Positions 8,745-17,315 of a stretch of 64,000 nucleotides of DNA are shown here, in pieces (the first letter of the stretch is position 1; every line of letters begins with the position of its first letter). The stretch is from Fibrobacterales bacterium. GTDB lineage: Bacteria; Fibrobacterota; Fibrobacteria; Fibrobacterales; JAOPTW01. The notes beneath the pieces were generated by a model. It saw only the letters and a list, made by a program, of their open reading frames with translations. It was not told where the DNA came from and did no database searches. The stretch covers positions 28,581 through 92,580 of the forward strand of contig JAOPTX010000001.1 in the NCBI GenBank assembly GCA_051532055.1, written 5' to 3'. A program made the position numbers and the translations under genes.

Positions 8745-9835
8745 TATTCAACCTCCTCAGGCAACACTTCAACAGTTGCTCTACCAGGTGGAACATCTTC
8801 CAACATAATGTTACCATCACCATCTGTTGTAGCTTCAACAATGGCGCCAGTCGCAAAATGGACTTTCACATTTCTATCTGCAACAGGATTTTCTTCAGGG
8901 TCTACAAGTGTCGTTTCATAAGTAGAAGTAACCTTAACAGCAGAAGCAACAGCTATAAGATGTTCGGCAGTCATAAAACAGTTGAGTGAACTCACTTCTA
9001 TATCATCTTGACTAACAACCATATCTATATGATCCTCAGTCAACGTCCAACTCACCTCAATAGCCTCACCAGAAATACTTGCATCAATAGTCTCAAGTAC
9101 ATGCTGATCCTTATTATTCACCAGAGCCATAACTTGAACTTTACACGGCCCATCCTCAAAACCAGGCGCTTCACAAGTAATAGTAACTGCTTCATCTTGT
9201 TTCACAGGGTCAGCGCCAATCTCAGCATTACATAAATCCTTAACTTTTATCTCAACACTTCCAGCATCTGGGTAGCCTTCATAATGTGCAGTACCTTCAG
9301 AATTACTGGTACCAATGAGCTCTTCACCAGCTGGGTCAGTCATCGTATAGGGAACACCATTTACCGGTTTACCGGCTGCATCTAAAAATTCAATATCAAC
9401 AATGTGAAGCTCTGTGGGCTCTGCAAGTTCTTTTACTTCAACAGCAGATATGCCACCAGGACCTTTTGTTGCTGCTTTAGCGGCACTCGCTGCGGCAGCT
9501 GCGGCGCCACCGCCTCCACCTCCGGCACCAGGGCCGATAAGAACGGTCATCTCACCAAGAATTATGGTAGATGGGGGGCCAACACAGACAGCCATGTCAC
9601 CCATTACTGCTGCGGGCATTTTACCAATGAGTACGGTTGGGGAACCGGGACCACTGATAGGACCGCCAACATGGGGTATAGGGGCAGGCGCAGGTGTGGC
9701 CATCGGACACATATGCATATCTGTTAAACGGGCTGCAGGCATTTTTCCGATCATTACTGTCGGACATCCTGGGCCACTGATCATACCACCGTGTGCGGTA
9801 GAATCCATGAGTCGTGCGGCTGGTTTACCGGCCAT
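8744..9835 (-). CDS. PAAR-domain spike protein with a C-terminal extension
   Basis: Motifs PAARLMD, PAARLTD and PAAVMGD with His/Cys ligands; Gly/Ala linker; two transthyretin-like segments (LDAAGKPVNGVPY...GTSNSEG; LVDPEENPVADRNV...TTDGDG). Confidence 0.93.
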   Translation of the reverse strand: MAGKPAARLMDSTAHGGMISGPGCPTVMIGKMPAARLTDMHMCPMATPAPAPIPHVGGPISGPGSPTVLIGKMPAAVMGDMAVCVGPPSTIILGEMTVLIGPGAGGGGGGAAAAAASAAKAATKGPGGISAVEVKELAEPTELHIVDIEFLDAAGKPVNGVPYTMTDPAGEELIGTSNSEGTAHYEGYPDAGSVEIKVKDLCNAEIGADPVKQDEAVTITCEAPGFEDGPCKVQVMALVNNKDQHVLETIDASISGEAIEVSWTLTEDHIDMVVSQDDIEVSSLNCFMTAEHLIAVASAVKVTSTYETTLVDPEENPVADRNVKVHFATGAIVEATTDGDGNIMLEDVPPGRATVEVLPEEVE

Positions 9836-10910
9836 TGAACACCTCCATGCCGAATTTAAAATCAGAAAAATCTTTCATAGATTCCACACCTTCATAAAAA
9901 CTAGAAGCGCGCCAGACCAGGGTAAGTTGATTGGTCTCTTTGTGAATTTCTACGGTCTGAATAACAGTATCCATAATTTGAAGCCCGGTGCCGACATTAA
10001 GCCATGCCTTCATAGTAATACCGGGAAGTTTACATTCAAATTTGGGATGGTCTGCATCCATGTACATCATTCTGATTGTTTCGTCGCCCTTGAGATACGG
10101 AAGTCGCATCCCTGTTTGGGCACTGTTGTAGAATAAGGGGTTGATTAAAGGGGTGGGGTCACCGAGGGACTGGGGATCAGCACCATTAGCCAGCTGTTCT
10201 TTTCTGGCCGCTTCATTAGCGATGTGTTGTTCCATGGGGAGTCCTGCGTGCAAATATCGTGGGTAGCTATTTTTAGCTACAGGTCCCAACCCTACAGGGT
10301 CAGGTGCTTTTTTCCAATTGTTATAGTCTTTAAGAATTAGCTTCTCAGGAGTCAGTAAATTATAGGGATCTTCTAGATTAGGGAGTTCAAGCTCATGAAG
10401 AGATTCAGCCTTGTCTTTTACAACAAAGCCTTTGCCTGCAGGGTTCTTTTGATAAGTGTATTGTACACCTTCATCAGATTTTCCATCAATTCCACCATAG
10501 GCTAAACCGGAGTGAATAGGCATTTCATCAAATAATTCGGGTTCAGTAAACTCAAATCCAAAAGGTGTTTTATTTACCTTTCGGTTTCCGAAAACTCGTA
10601 TCTGTTTTATAAAGTTGCCAATGCCAACAGCGAGGTCAAAGTATTTTGCTCGCTTCCCATTGGGCGCTATTGCCTTACCTTTAAACAGAACATCAGTTGC
10701 AGGTTTAAATGCTACAAGATCTGATTCATGTTTAATGGGGTCGGTAATTGGGTTGTCACCATAATATTCATCACTATCGTGAAAAGGAATGGGGGCATCT
10801 TTATCGATTTGAGCGATAAGACCATGTTCGAAATTGAATGTCTCTTTCCCAAGTACAGACAGTATGGGCGTACCGTCTGGTGATGTTCCTGGGATTATTC
10901 TCGTAAACAT
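9825..10910 (-). CDS. DUF2169-family T6SS accessory (chaperone/adaptor) protein
   Basis: Motifs ESDLVAFKPATDV, RVFGNR, LAYGG, NPAGKGF, LPNLEDP, FYNSA, LVWRA; overlaps the PAAR gene. Confidence 0.9.
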   Translation of the reverse strand: MFTRIIPGTSPDGTPILSVLGKETFNFEHGLIAQIDKDAPIPFHDSDEYYGDNPITDPIKHESDLVAFKPATDVLFKGKAIAPNGKRAKYFDLAVGIGNFIKQIRVFGNRKVNKTPFGFEFTEPELFDEMPIHSGLAYGGIDGKSDEGVQYTYQKNPAGKGFVVKDKAESLHELELPNLEDPYNLLTPEKLILKDYNNWKKAPDPVGLGPVAKNSYPRYLHAGLPMEQHIANEAARKEQLANGADPQSLGDPTPLINPLFYNSAQTGMRLPYLKGDETIRMMYMDADHPKFECKLPGITMKAWLNVGTGLQIMDTVIQTVEIHKETNQLTLVWRASSFYEGVESMKDFSDFKFGMEVFNGR

Positions 10911-11118
10911 AGTTTTAGTTCCAAAAGTTTCTTCAATAGGTAAAACAAAATATCAACTCGCTGGGTTAAAAAGCAATTATTCTAAATACACTGTGTATAC
11001 CAATAAGGTCGTCACTGTAGTTGTTAATAAAAAGTTTGACACTCTTTTTCAAAATAAAATGCTTCCCACTGCTCAAGTCTTAAACAGTTAGGAGTAAATT
11101 ATATAAAAAAAAGGGTGA

Positions 11119-11568
11119 TTAATTGTTTTGTAAATAATCGTTTACAAATAGCCGTCCAAGGTCGTCAACTGCTTTGAGGAGTTCAAGCTCTTTGTATTCA
11201 CCCATCTTCCAGGTATCCCATGTCGCAGCATCAACCTGCTTATTGTTAAAGCCCAGATAGGCTCCTTGGTGTACTTGGAGAGAAAGATGGGCTACATAGG
11301 TACCCTGGTTACTACTAATTGCATTTATAAAGAGCTTTAAAATCACACTACTTGAATTTTCAATTTTAAAGCCACGTCTCTTAAGTCGTTTTGAAATAAT
11401 TTCACGATACTCTTTTTCAAAGTGTTTGAGTTCTGTATTGCAATGTACCCGAACTTCAACTCCAAACTGTTTGAGGTTACGCAGGGTTTTACCACCATAA
11501 TAGACATCTGATGCACAAAGAGGGGCTAATAAAAGAAGGAGGGCTATAAGAAATTTCATGGTTACCAT
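11119..11568 (-). CDS. Exported hypothetical protein
   Basis: Signal peptide MKFLIALLLLLAPLCA (probable start 11559); no family recognised. Confidence 0.65.
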   Translation of the reverse strand: MVTMKFLIALLLLLAPLCASDVYYGGKTLRNLKQFGVEVRVHCNTELKHFEKEYREIISKRLKRRGFKIENSSSVILKLFINAISSNQGTYVAHLSLQVHQGAYLGFNNKQVDAATWDTWKMGEYKELELLKAVDDLGRLFVNDYLQNN

Positions 11569-11697
11569 TTTTGAGGTATTTTAAGTGAAAAATAGCAAAA
11601 AGAGCTTTTTTCAAAGGGTTTAATGCATAAAAAAGTTAGTAAGAATTGAGTTGAAATCTGGTGATTTTCTATAAAAACACAATTTGTGCCTTTAAAG

Positions 11698-11713
11698 TGT
11701 GATCTGTATCATA
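11698..11713. promoter_or_regulatory. CRP-like box
   Basis: TGTGA-TCTGTA-TCATA, one mismatch to the core, in a divergent intergenic region upstream of the NlpC/P60 gene. Confidence 0.45.
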
Positions 11714-11776
11714 CCTCCGTTTTGACCTTTCCTATTTTTAGTTATATTTGTCAGAAATAACCAGATAATTGAGATT

Positions 11777-12295
11777 ATGCCAAAATTCCTAATAGCAATC
11801 ACTATCGCATTTTTATTCATAGGATGTGCAGGAAATCCACAAGTTCGTACTGTTCATGTTGAGAAAGAGTTTTCCAGAGCCGGTGGTAAAAATATAAATG
11901 AGAAACTTGTCAAATGGCGAGAAATCAAAAAAGAGAAATTGAAAGAAGTTGCAGATAGTTATTTGGGAGTCCCATACCTATGGGGCGGCAACACGCGTAA
12001 AGGTATAGACTGCTCGGCTTTTATTAGAGCAGTGTTTAAAGAGGTCTACGATCTTGATATGCCCAGAAGAGCGACATGGCAGGGTGAGTTTGGTGTTTTT
12101 ATATTCAAATACAATATTCAACCGGGTGATTTGGTCTTTTTTGGTCCCGATCCAGAAGACATTACTCATGTTGGGCTCTATATGGGGGATGGTAAATTTA
12201 TAAATGCAACATCCTCTGGCGGAGTAAAATACTCAGGCCTTGATGAAAAGTATTGGGCTAAGCAATATCAGTTTGCTAAACGATTTGTTTATTAA
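11777..12295 (+). CDS. NlpC/P60 (C40) peptidoglycan endopeptidase lipoprotein
   Basis: Lipobox FIGC; YLGVPYLWGG...GIDCSAF...GDLVFF...HVGLY catalytic Cys/His pattern. Confidence 0.93.
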   Translation: MPKFLIAITIAFLFIGCAGNPQVRTVHVEKEFSRAGGKNINEKLVKWREIKKEKLKEVADSYLGVPYLWGGNTRKGIDCSAFIRAVFKEVYDLDMPRRATWQGEFGVFIFKYNIQPGDLVFFGPDPEDITHVGLYMGDGKFINATSSGGVKYSGLDEKYWAKQYQFAKRFVY

Positions 12296-12327
12296 AAAGA
12301 TCTTTAAAGTCTAGCATTATGATTGTG

Positions 12328-12355
12328 GGTTCAGAACATCTCTGAACCTTTTTTT
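12328..12355 (+). terminator. Rho-independent terminator
   Basis: GGTTCAGA-acatc-TCTGAACC followed by a T-run. Confidence 0.8.
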
Positions 12356-12536
12356 GTTTCCTAGATTAATCTGGTGTAGGCAGGTGATTAATTGGTTGGA
12401 GTAGCCTTGTAATAGAGTTATAGGCAAAGCTATAGTATGAACTAAAGCTTAAGCTGGTATACTTTAAATTCAAGTAGTTCGGTTAGCTTGGGTGGGACTG
12501 ATTAGTTCTTTTATTCCGATCTGTATAGGAAACAAT

Positions 12537-12569
12537 AAAAAAAGGCTGTCCTTAAATAGGTAACAGCCT
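12537..12569 (-). terminator. Rho-independent terminator
   Basis: AGGCTGT...ACAGCCT stem with an A-run on the left (U-tail on the minus strand). Confidence 0.65.
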
Positions 12570-12598
12570 CTTCTTTAATAGAGTAATGAGGGGATTAA

Positions 12599-13504
12599 TT
12601 AGCGTTTAAGCTTGTTTAATTCACCTTTGAGGTATTGAACCTCTTTCATCAGGAACTCAACTTTCTCTTCAAGACTCATGTTTGAGGCAGGTGCAGAAGA
12701 TTGATCATTCATAGATGATGAGTTACTTTTACGGTTTTTTGTTATAGTGAGGGGAACACCATATTTTGTTAATATCTCGTCAAACTTTGATGCCCCAGAC
12801 CCTGAACCATATACTACTGATTTTACTGCCTTATTTATTTTAGAAAGAAGCTTTGGAAATTTTTTGTTTACACCCATTACATACTCTTCTTCAGTAAGTG
12901 TAAGATCAAGTGTTTTAACCCGTGGGTTTACCGTTGCTTCGTAGTCAAGAATAACTTTATCAGCGATAATTGCATCAACTTCGTTATTTGCAAGTAAATC
13001 ATAGGTCTCTGACATTTTGGTAACAAGCTCAACTTTTGCCTTCTTAATAAACTTTTTAAGAAACGTATTACCTGTTGATGCCGCTACTGCAGCAACATAT
13101 TTCCCATTTAAGTCTATGGCAGAAAAGACTCGATTATCTTTTTTCTTGGTCATTATTCCAAGACCCGTTTTATAATACGGTGCAGTGTAGATAATACCGT
13201 CTTTCTTATTTTCTTTTACGGTAGAGATAAGAAGGTCGATTCTATCTTTCTTGAGCTTCTTTTTACCCTCTCTCAGATTAGAAATCTCGATGATTCGAAA
13301 TCGTACACCGAGTTTTGTTGCAACAGCTGCAGCTAACTCATATTCAACACCTTTTAGGGTGCTCTGTTTCATTTTACCGAAAGGAGCGGTGCTCGTGAGC
13401 ATACCTACTGTTAGAGCATCTTTTTCAATTGCTCTAAAGCTGCGACTAAACGCTGGTGAACATGAGAGGGCAATAATTATTAGTAAAGAAATTAGGTGTT
13501 TCAT
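12599..13504 (-). CDS. Solute-binding protein family 3 (amino-acid type) with a C-terminal coiled-coil tail
   Basis: LTVG...APF...GVEYELA..VA..LG...IDL.IS...YTAPYY...DLNGK.VA; signal peptide from MKHLIS (13504). Confidence 0.85.
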   Translation of the reverse strand: MKHLISLLIIIALSCSPAFSRSFRAIEKDALTVGMLTSTAPFGKMKQSTLKGVEYELAAAVATKLGVRFRIIEISNLREGKKKLKKDRIDLLISTVKENKKDGIIYTAPYYKTGLGIMTKKKDNRVFSAIDLNGKYVAAVAASTGNTFLKKFIKKAKVELVTKMSETYDLLANNEVDAIIADKVILDYEATVNPRVKTLDLTLTEEEYVMGVNKKFPKLLSKINKAVKSVVYGSGSGASKFDEILTKYGVPLTITKNRKSNSSSMNDQSSAPASNMSLEEKVEFLMKEVQYLKGELNKLKR

Positions 13505-13527
13505 TCTCTTCTCCATTTCTTTTGAAT

Positions 13528-15225
13528 CTATTTAAGTTCAGTAACACATCTAAAGCCAATAAATTTAGCGCCTTTAGATGAAGCCATATCGACGAGTCGA
13601 TCAGGGTTAGTACAGCGTTCAGATGGCATATTGTATGAACAACCAGCATGAAAGGCGGTTGAAGCACTTTCACCAACACCCTCTTCTACAACCCATTCTG
13701 AAACATTGCCTAAAATGTGATTTAAGGTGTTTCCTTGATTGATCGAGGTTACAGCTTGCGGTTTGTCTGTAGAGTTCACAATGCTTTTCGGGGCGACACT
13801 TGATGTACTGAATTCTTTCTTCCACTCTTCTGCTGTAGGGAGACGTTTGTTTTTCCATTGAGCATAAGCCATAGCATTTGCATAACTCACATTTACAACA
13901 GGATAATCTTTATATTCAGGATTTCTGAAATAGTCTTCAATTTCTGGAAATCCAGGGTCGATAGGATAAGTAGTGCGAGTACGGTCACAAAATTCTTTGT
14001 ATTCAGCATTAGTCACTTCAGATCTGTCAAAAATGAGAGCTGCTTCAGCGTTTTTGGCTGCCGTTGAGTCATAGCTAAAGCTTGGTGTATACTCACCTTG
14101 TGTCACAGGGCGCGATTCAGATTTTTTACCAATTAGATCAAATGAGAGCGCGGCAGAGAGATTAAAGCCGATGTATTTTTCAGTTTTGTCACCCATTACT
14201 GAAAAAGGAATCCCTGCTTGGATTGTGAAGCTGTTAGTGACATCAAAAATAGCACCGATTTCTAAGCCTGCTCTAAATGATACAGAGTCGAGAACGGTTC
14301 CAGCACTATCTTTTTCTAATTGATAATTACCATTTATAGAAAGAAATGGGAGAACAGGGCCAAGCAAGTATCCTGCTTGAATATCCGCAGTAACAATGTC
14401 GCCTAACTTAATCTGGTTGTTATCAATATCAGAAAAATTGTATTCATATCCCAATTGACCAAGAAATTCTGCTCCATAAAAACTTTGAAGAGTAATGAGG
14501 TCTGCTGCAATGGAGTATGCATTTGTTGTATGGCCAACTTCATTTTGGTCACCATTCGCAAATTTAAAATCAACGTTTATGGCAGAATTTATTGGGCGAT
14601 GAGTGTATTTAAAGCCTGCGGTTATATCCATTCGAGAAAAGGCCTTCTCAGCATTGTCTTTGCCAATTGACGCGTAGGGAAGGCGCGCATGTAATTCAAT
14701 ATTCATGGGGAGTCCCACGCGAAGAATAATGGGCATCATATACTGCTTGCCTAAATTGTCGTTAGCATAAGAAACATCCTCGCCGGTATTCACTACAGTG
14801 GTTACATTCTCATCATTGGTTTCTGTTTTCGTCCCTGTTTGGTAGCTACCGTTTCTATGTTGATAAGCATATCCCAATTCAAACTGAAGGTAGCCTGGAG
14901 CTACAGAAAGATTTTCATTAAGGAATGATTTGTTGCGGTACAAAAAGTCATGCTCAATTTTTTCAGTTTCATCGAGGTCTATTGAGACTTCGTATTTTGC
15001 AGACTTGAAAATGGGTTTAATGGGCTTAAGAGTGACATTGTGTTTACCCAATACCATTTTGTCGTTAGTATAGGGCGTTACCTCTTGCTCTGTAATGTCG
15101 TTTAAAATAACCGTAGCACTATCAGGTGTAGTGGTTACTTCGAGTGTGCCAAATCGTGGACTTGCAGCGAAAGTCTGTATGGCTAGTATTGATGCTGTTG
15201 CGGTAATTATAGTTATTTTTTTCAC
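13528..15225 (-). CDS. Exported PEGA + outer-membrane beta-barrel-like + FGE-sulfatase (SUMF1/TagR-like) domain protein
   Basis: Probable GTG start at 15225 gives a signal peptide. GTLEVTTTPDSATV is PEGA-like; alternating beta-strands end in NLSAALSF; DRSEVTNAEY, PVVNVSY, RLPTAEEW, GNVSEW and IGFRC are FGE-sulfatase motifs. Confidence 0.8.
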   Translation of the reverse strand: MKKITIITATASILAIQTFAASPRFGTLEVTTTPDSATVILNDITEQEVTPYTNDKMVLGKHNVTLKPIKPIFKSAKYEVSIDLDETEKIEHDFLYRNKSFLNENLSVAPGYLQFELGYAYQHRNGSYQTGTKTETNDENVTTVVNTGEDVSYANDNLGKQYMMPIILRVGLPMNIELHARLPYASIGKDNAEKAFSRMDITAGFKYTHRPINSAINVDFKFANGDQNEVGHTTNAYSIAADLITLQSFYGAEFLGQLGYEYNFSDIDNNQIKLGDIVTADIQAGYLLGPVLPFLSINGNYQLEKDSAGTVLDSVSFRAGLEIGAIFDVTNSFTIQAGIPFSVMGDKTEKYIGFNLSAALSFDLIGKKSESRPVTQGEYTPSFSYDSTAAKNAEAALIFDRSEVTNAEYKEFCDRTRTTYPIDPGFPEIEDYFRNPEYKDYPVVNVSYANAMAYAQWKNKRLPTAEEWKKEFSTSSVAPKSIVNSTDKPQAVTSINQGNTLNHILGNVSEWVVEEGVGESASTAFHAGCSYNMPSERCTNPDRLVDMASSKGAKFIGFRCVTELK

Positions 15226-15340
15226 TGTTACTATTCTCTTCGTTTTATAGTGATAAATGTCAATAAGCACTTCAAAAATAGTATAAACTGAGTAAATTTA
15301 ATGTTAAATTCGCAAATCATCTATATACGGTTTAACTTTT

Positions 15341-16660
15341 ATGATAAAGAAAATTTCTTGGCTAGAGGGAATGGCCCTGCTTCCCCATCATTTTCAGCAG
15401 GCTGAAAAGTATTATGAATCTCTTATTTCTTCTAAAATTATTGCACTTAACCCCCATGCATTTGGCTTCACTTCGCTTACAGTAGACTCATATGCACTTG
15501 CAAATGGTGTGTTTTCTATCCAAGAGTGCAAAGGGATATTCCCGAGTGGTCTTTATTTTGAGTCTAATGACGTAGAAAATCTTGTTGAATCTCGTTCAGT
15601 GGGTGAAATGTTCCCTGCTGAGAAGGAGACTCTAGACGTATTTCTTGCAGCTCCGCTTGTTGAAGATACGAAAGCTAATGTGAGTGATGATAAATTGTCC
15701 AGCTCCGCACTCTTCATAAAAGATCAAAAAACAGTTCCCGATGTAAACACGGGCTCTAATTCAAAAGCAGTTACCTATTCAAAATTGAATTTAAAAGTCG
15801 TATTTGAAGGTGAGCAAATAACTGGATATGAAGTCCTTAAAGTGGCAGAGCTCAAAAGAAACTTGCAAGCTCAAATAGCAGTGAGTGATACTTTCATGCC
15901 AATAACGCTGGCTCCTGTAGCGGCTCCCTATGTACAACAGAATTTAAAAAAGGTTATTGACAAAGCAACAGAGAAACAGACTTGGCTTATTGGCCAAAAC
16001 TTGGTAATGGGTGGAGAGAATCTCTCGAGTTGTATGCTCTTAATGACTCTGAATCAGTTTTTACCTGTGTTAAATAGTTACTATATAAATTCTAATACTT
16101 CTACAGAACAATTATATATCAAGTTGTTAGAATTTGCGGGGGCATTATGCACTACGAATCCTGTGGTAAAATCAAGTGAACTGCCTATTTATAACCATGC
16201 AAGTCAGCAACATTGTTTCGGAAAGCTCTTTGATGGACTTAAGGCTCTTCTGGAAGCATCTGTTGATCTTCGCTATGAATTAACAAAAATGAAACAGAGT
16301 ACAGCGGGTGAGTATCAGGGTGATTTAACCAATGCTAATCCGTCAATTTATTCTGAGGTATTTCTTGCTATTGATTCTCCACTTGATACCCAGACATTAG
16401 TTACTCAAGTGAAGCAGATAGGTAGAGCGGCACCGATTGACAAACTCAAGAGCCTTGTTGTGTCAGCACTTCCTGGTATAGATATTGATTATGTTCTCGA
16501 CCCGCCGCTTACTATTAGCCCAAAACCCGAGAAAACCTATTTTAAACTATCCAATACTCATCCTCTGTGGAAAGATGTAGTTGCAACTCGAATATTTGGG
16601 CTGCACCTTCCTCCTGCAATAACGGTAACTGCAGTGGAAATCATTGGACTTAAATCTTAA
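15341..16660 (+). CDS. tssK: T6SS baseplate subunit TssK
   Basis: N-terminal WLEGMALLPHHFQQ motif; C-terminal SALPG...YF.L....W. Confidence 0.93.
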   Translation: MIKKISWLEGMALLPHHFQQAEKYYESLISSKIIALNPHAFGFTSLTVDSYALANGVFSIQECKGIFPSGLYFESNDVENLVESRSVGEMFPAEKETLDVFLAAPLVEDTKANVSDDKLSSSALFIKDQKTVPDVNTGSNSKAVTYSKLNLKVVFEGEQITGYEVLKVAELKRNLQAQIAVSDTFMPITLAPVAAPYVQQNLKKVIDKATEKQTWLIGQNLVMGGENLSSCMLLMTLNQFLPVLNSYYINSNTSTEQLYIKLLEFAGALCTTNPVVKSSELPIYNHASQQHCFGKLFDGLKALLEASVDLRYELTKMKQSTAGEYQGDLTNANPSIYSEVFLAIDSPLDTQTLVTQVKQIGRAAPIDKLKSLVVSALPGIDIDYVLDPPLTISPKPEKTYFKLSNTHPLWKDVVATRIFGLHLPPAITVTAVEIIGLKS

Positions 16661-16680
16661 AAGAGTATGAAAGGCAGACA

Positions 16681-17298
16681 ATGAATAGTTCTTTTATAAA
16701 GCATGCTGCTCCCTTAATTAACATGGGGGTTCAGATTCAGAGTGTTCAATTTGAATCGCCAGCAAAGCTACAAGAAGATATCCTTGAAAAAACTGAAGCA
16801 TTTGTTGAAGCGGCAATTGCAACGGGTAAAAGTGATGGGGAAGTTGAAGAGGCGAAATATGGTCTTTTGTCATTTCTTGATGAACTCATATTTAAAAACA
16901 GTAGCATAGGCTATGAATGGCTTGAATATCGTCTTATGATGAAAGTTTTTAATGATCAGCTCGCAGGTGAAAGCTTTTTTACAAAATTTGACACCTTTGT
17001 AAATGATGATACAAAACGAGATTTAGCTGAATTCTATGGAGTATTGATGCTCCTTGGATTTCAAGGAAAATTTCAGCTCGAAGGCCTTGAGGGACTTCAA
17101 CTTAAAATTAAAGAGGTAACAGATATACTGTATCCTAATGCAGAAGGCGCGGTTCCTGACCTCTCTAAATTTGCTACCATAGCCCCAGGGACTCTCCCTC
17201 GTGAAAAAAGTGGGAAATCTTTTCTACTCTACGCTTTTGGGTTGGTAATACTCTCTGGAATTGCGTATATGGCACTTCTTACATTCGCTCAGGTATAA
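16681..17298 (+). CDS. tssL: T6SS membrane subunit TssL (DotU), no OmpA domain
   Basis: AKYGLLSFLDE...W...L...AGESFF...LLGFQGKF; C-terminal TM helix. Confidence 0.92.
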   Translation: MNSSFIKHAAPLINMGVQIQSVQFESPAKLQEDILEKTEAFVEAAIATGKSDGEVEEAKYGLLSFLDELIFKNSSIGYEWLEYRLMMKVFNDQLAGESFFTKFDTFVNDDTKRDLAEFYGVLMLLGFQGKFQLEGLEGLQLKIKEVTDILYPNAEGAVPDLSKFATIAPGTLPREKSGKSFLLYAFGLVILSGIAYMALLTFAQV

Positions 17299-17315
17299 CA
17301 AGAATAGGACTATTA

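Noticed and set aside
9404..10136. 240-aa and 107-aa plus-strand ORFs with poly-Pro/Ala
   Set aside because: Antisense shadows of the GC-richer PAAR gene and its Gly/Ala linker.
11777..12295. NlpC/P60 as a secreted Tae-type amidase effector
   Set aside because: It has a lipoprotein signal and no adjacent immunity gene; it resembles self cell-wall endopeptidases.
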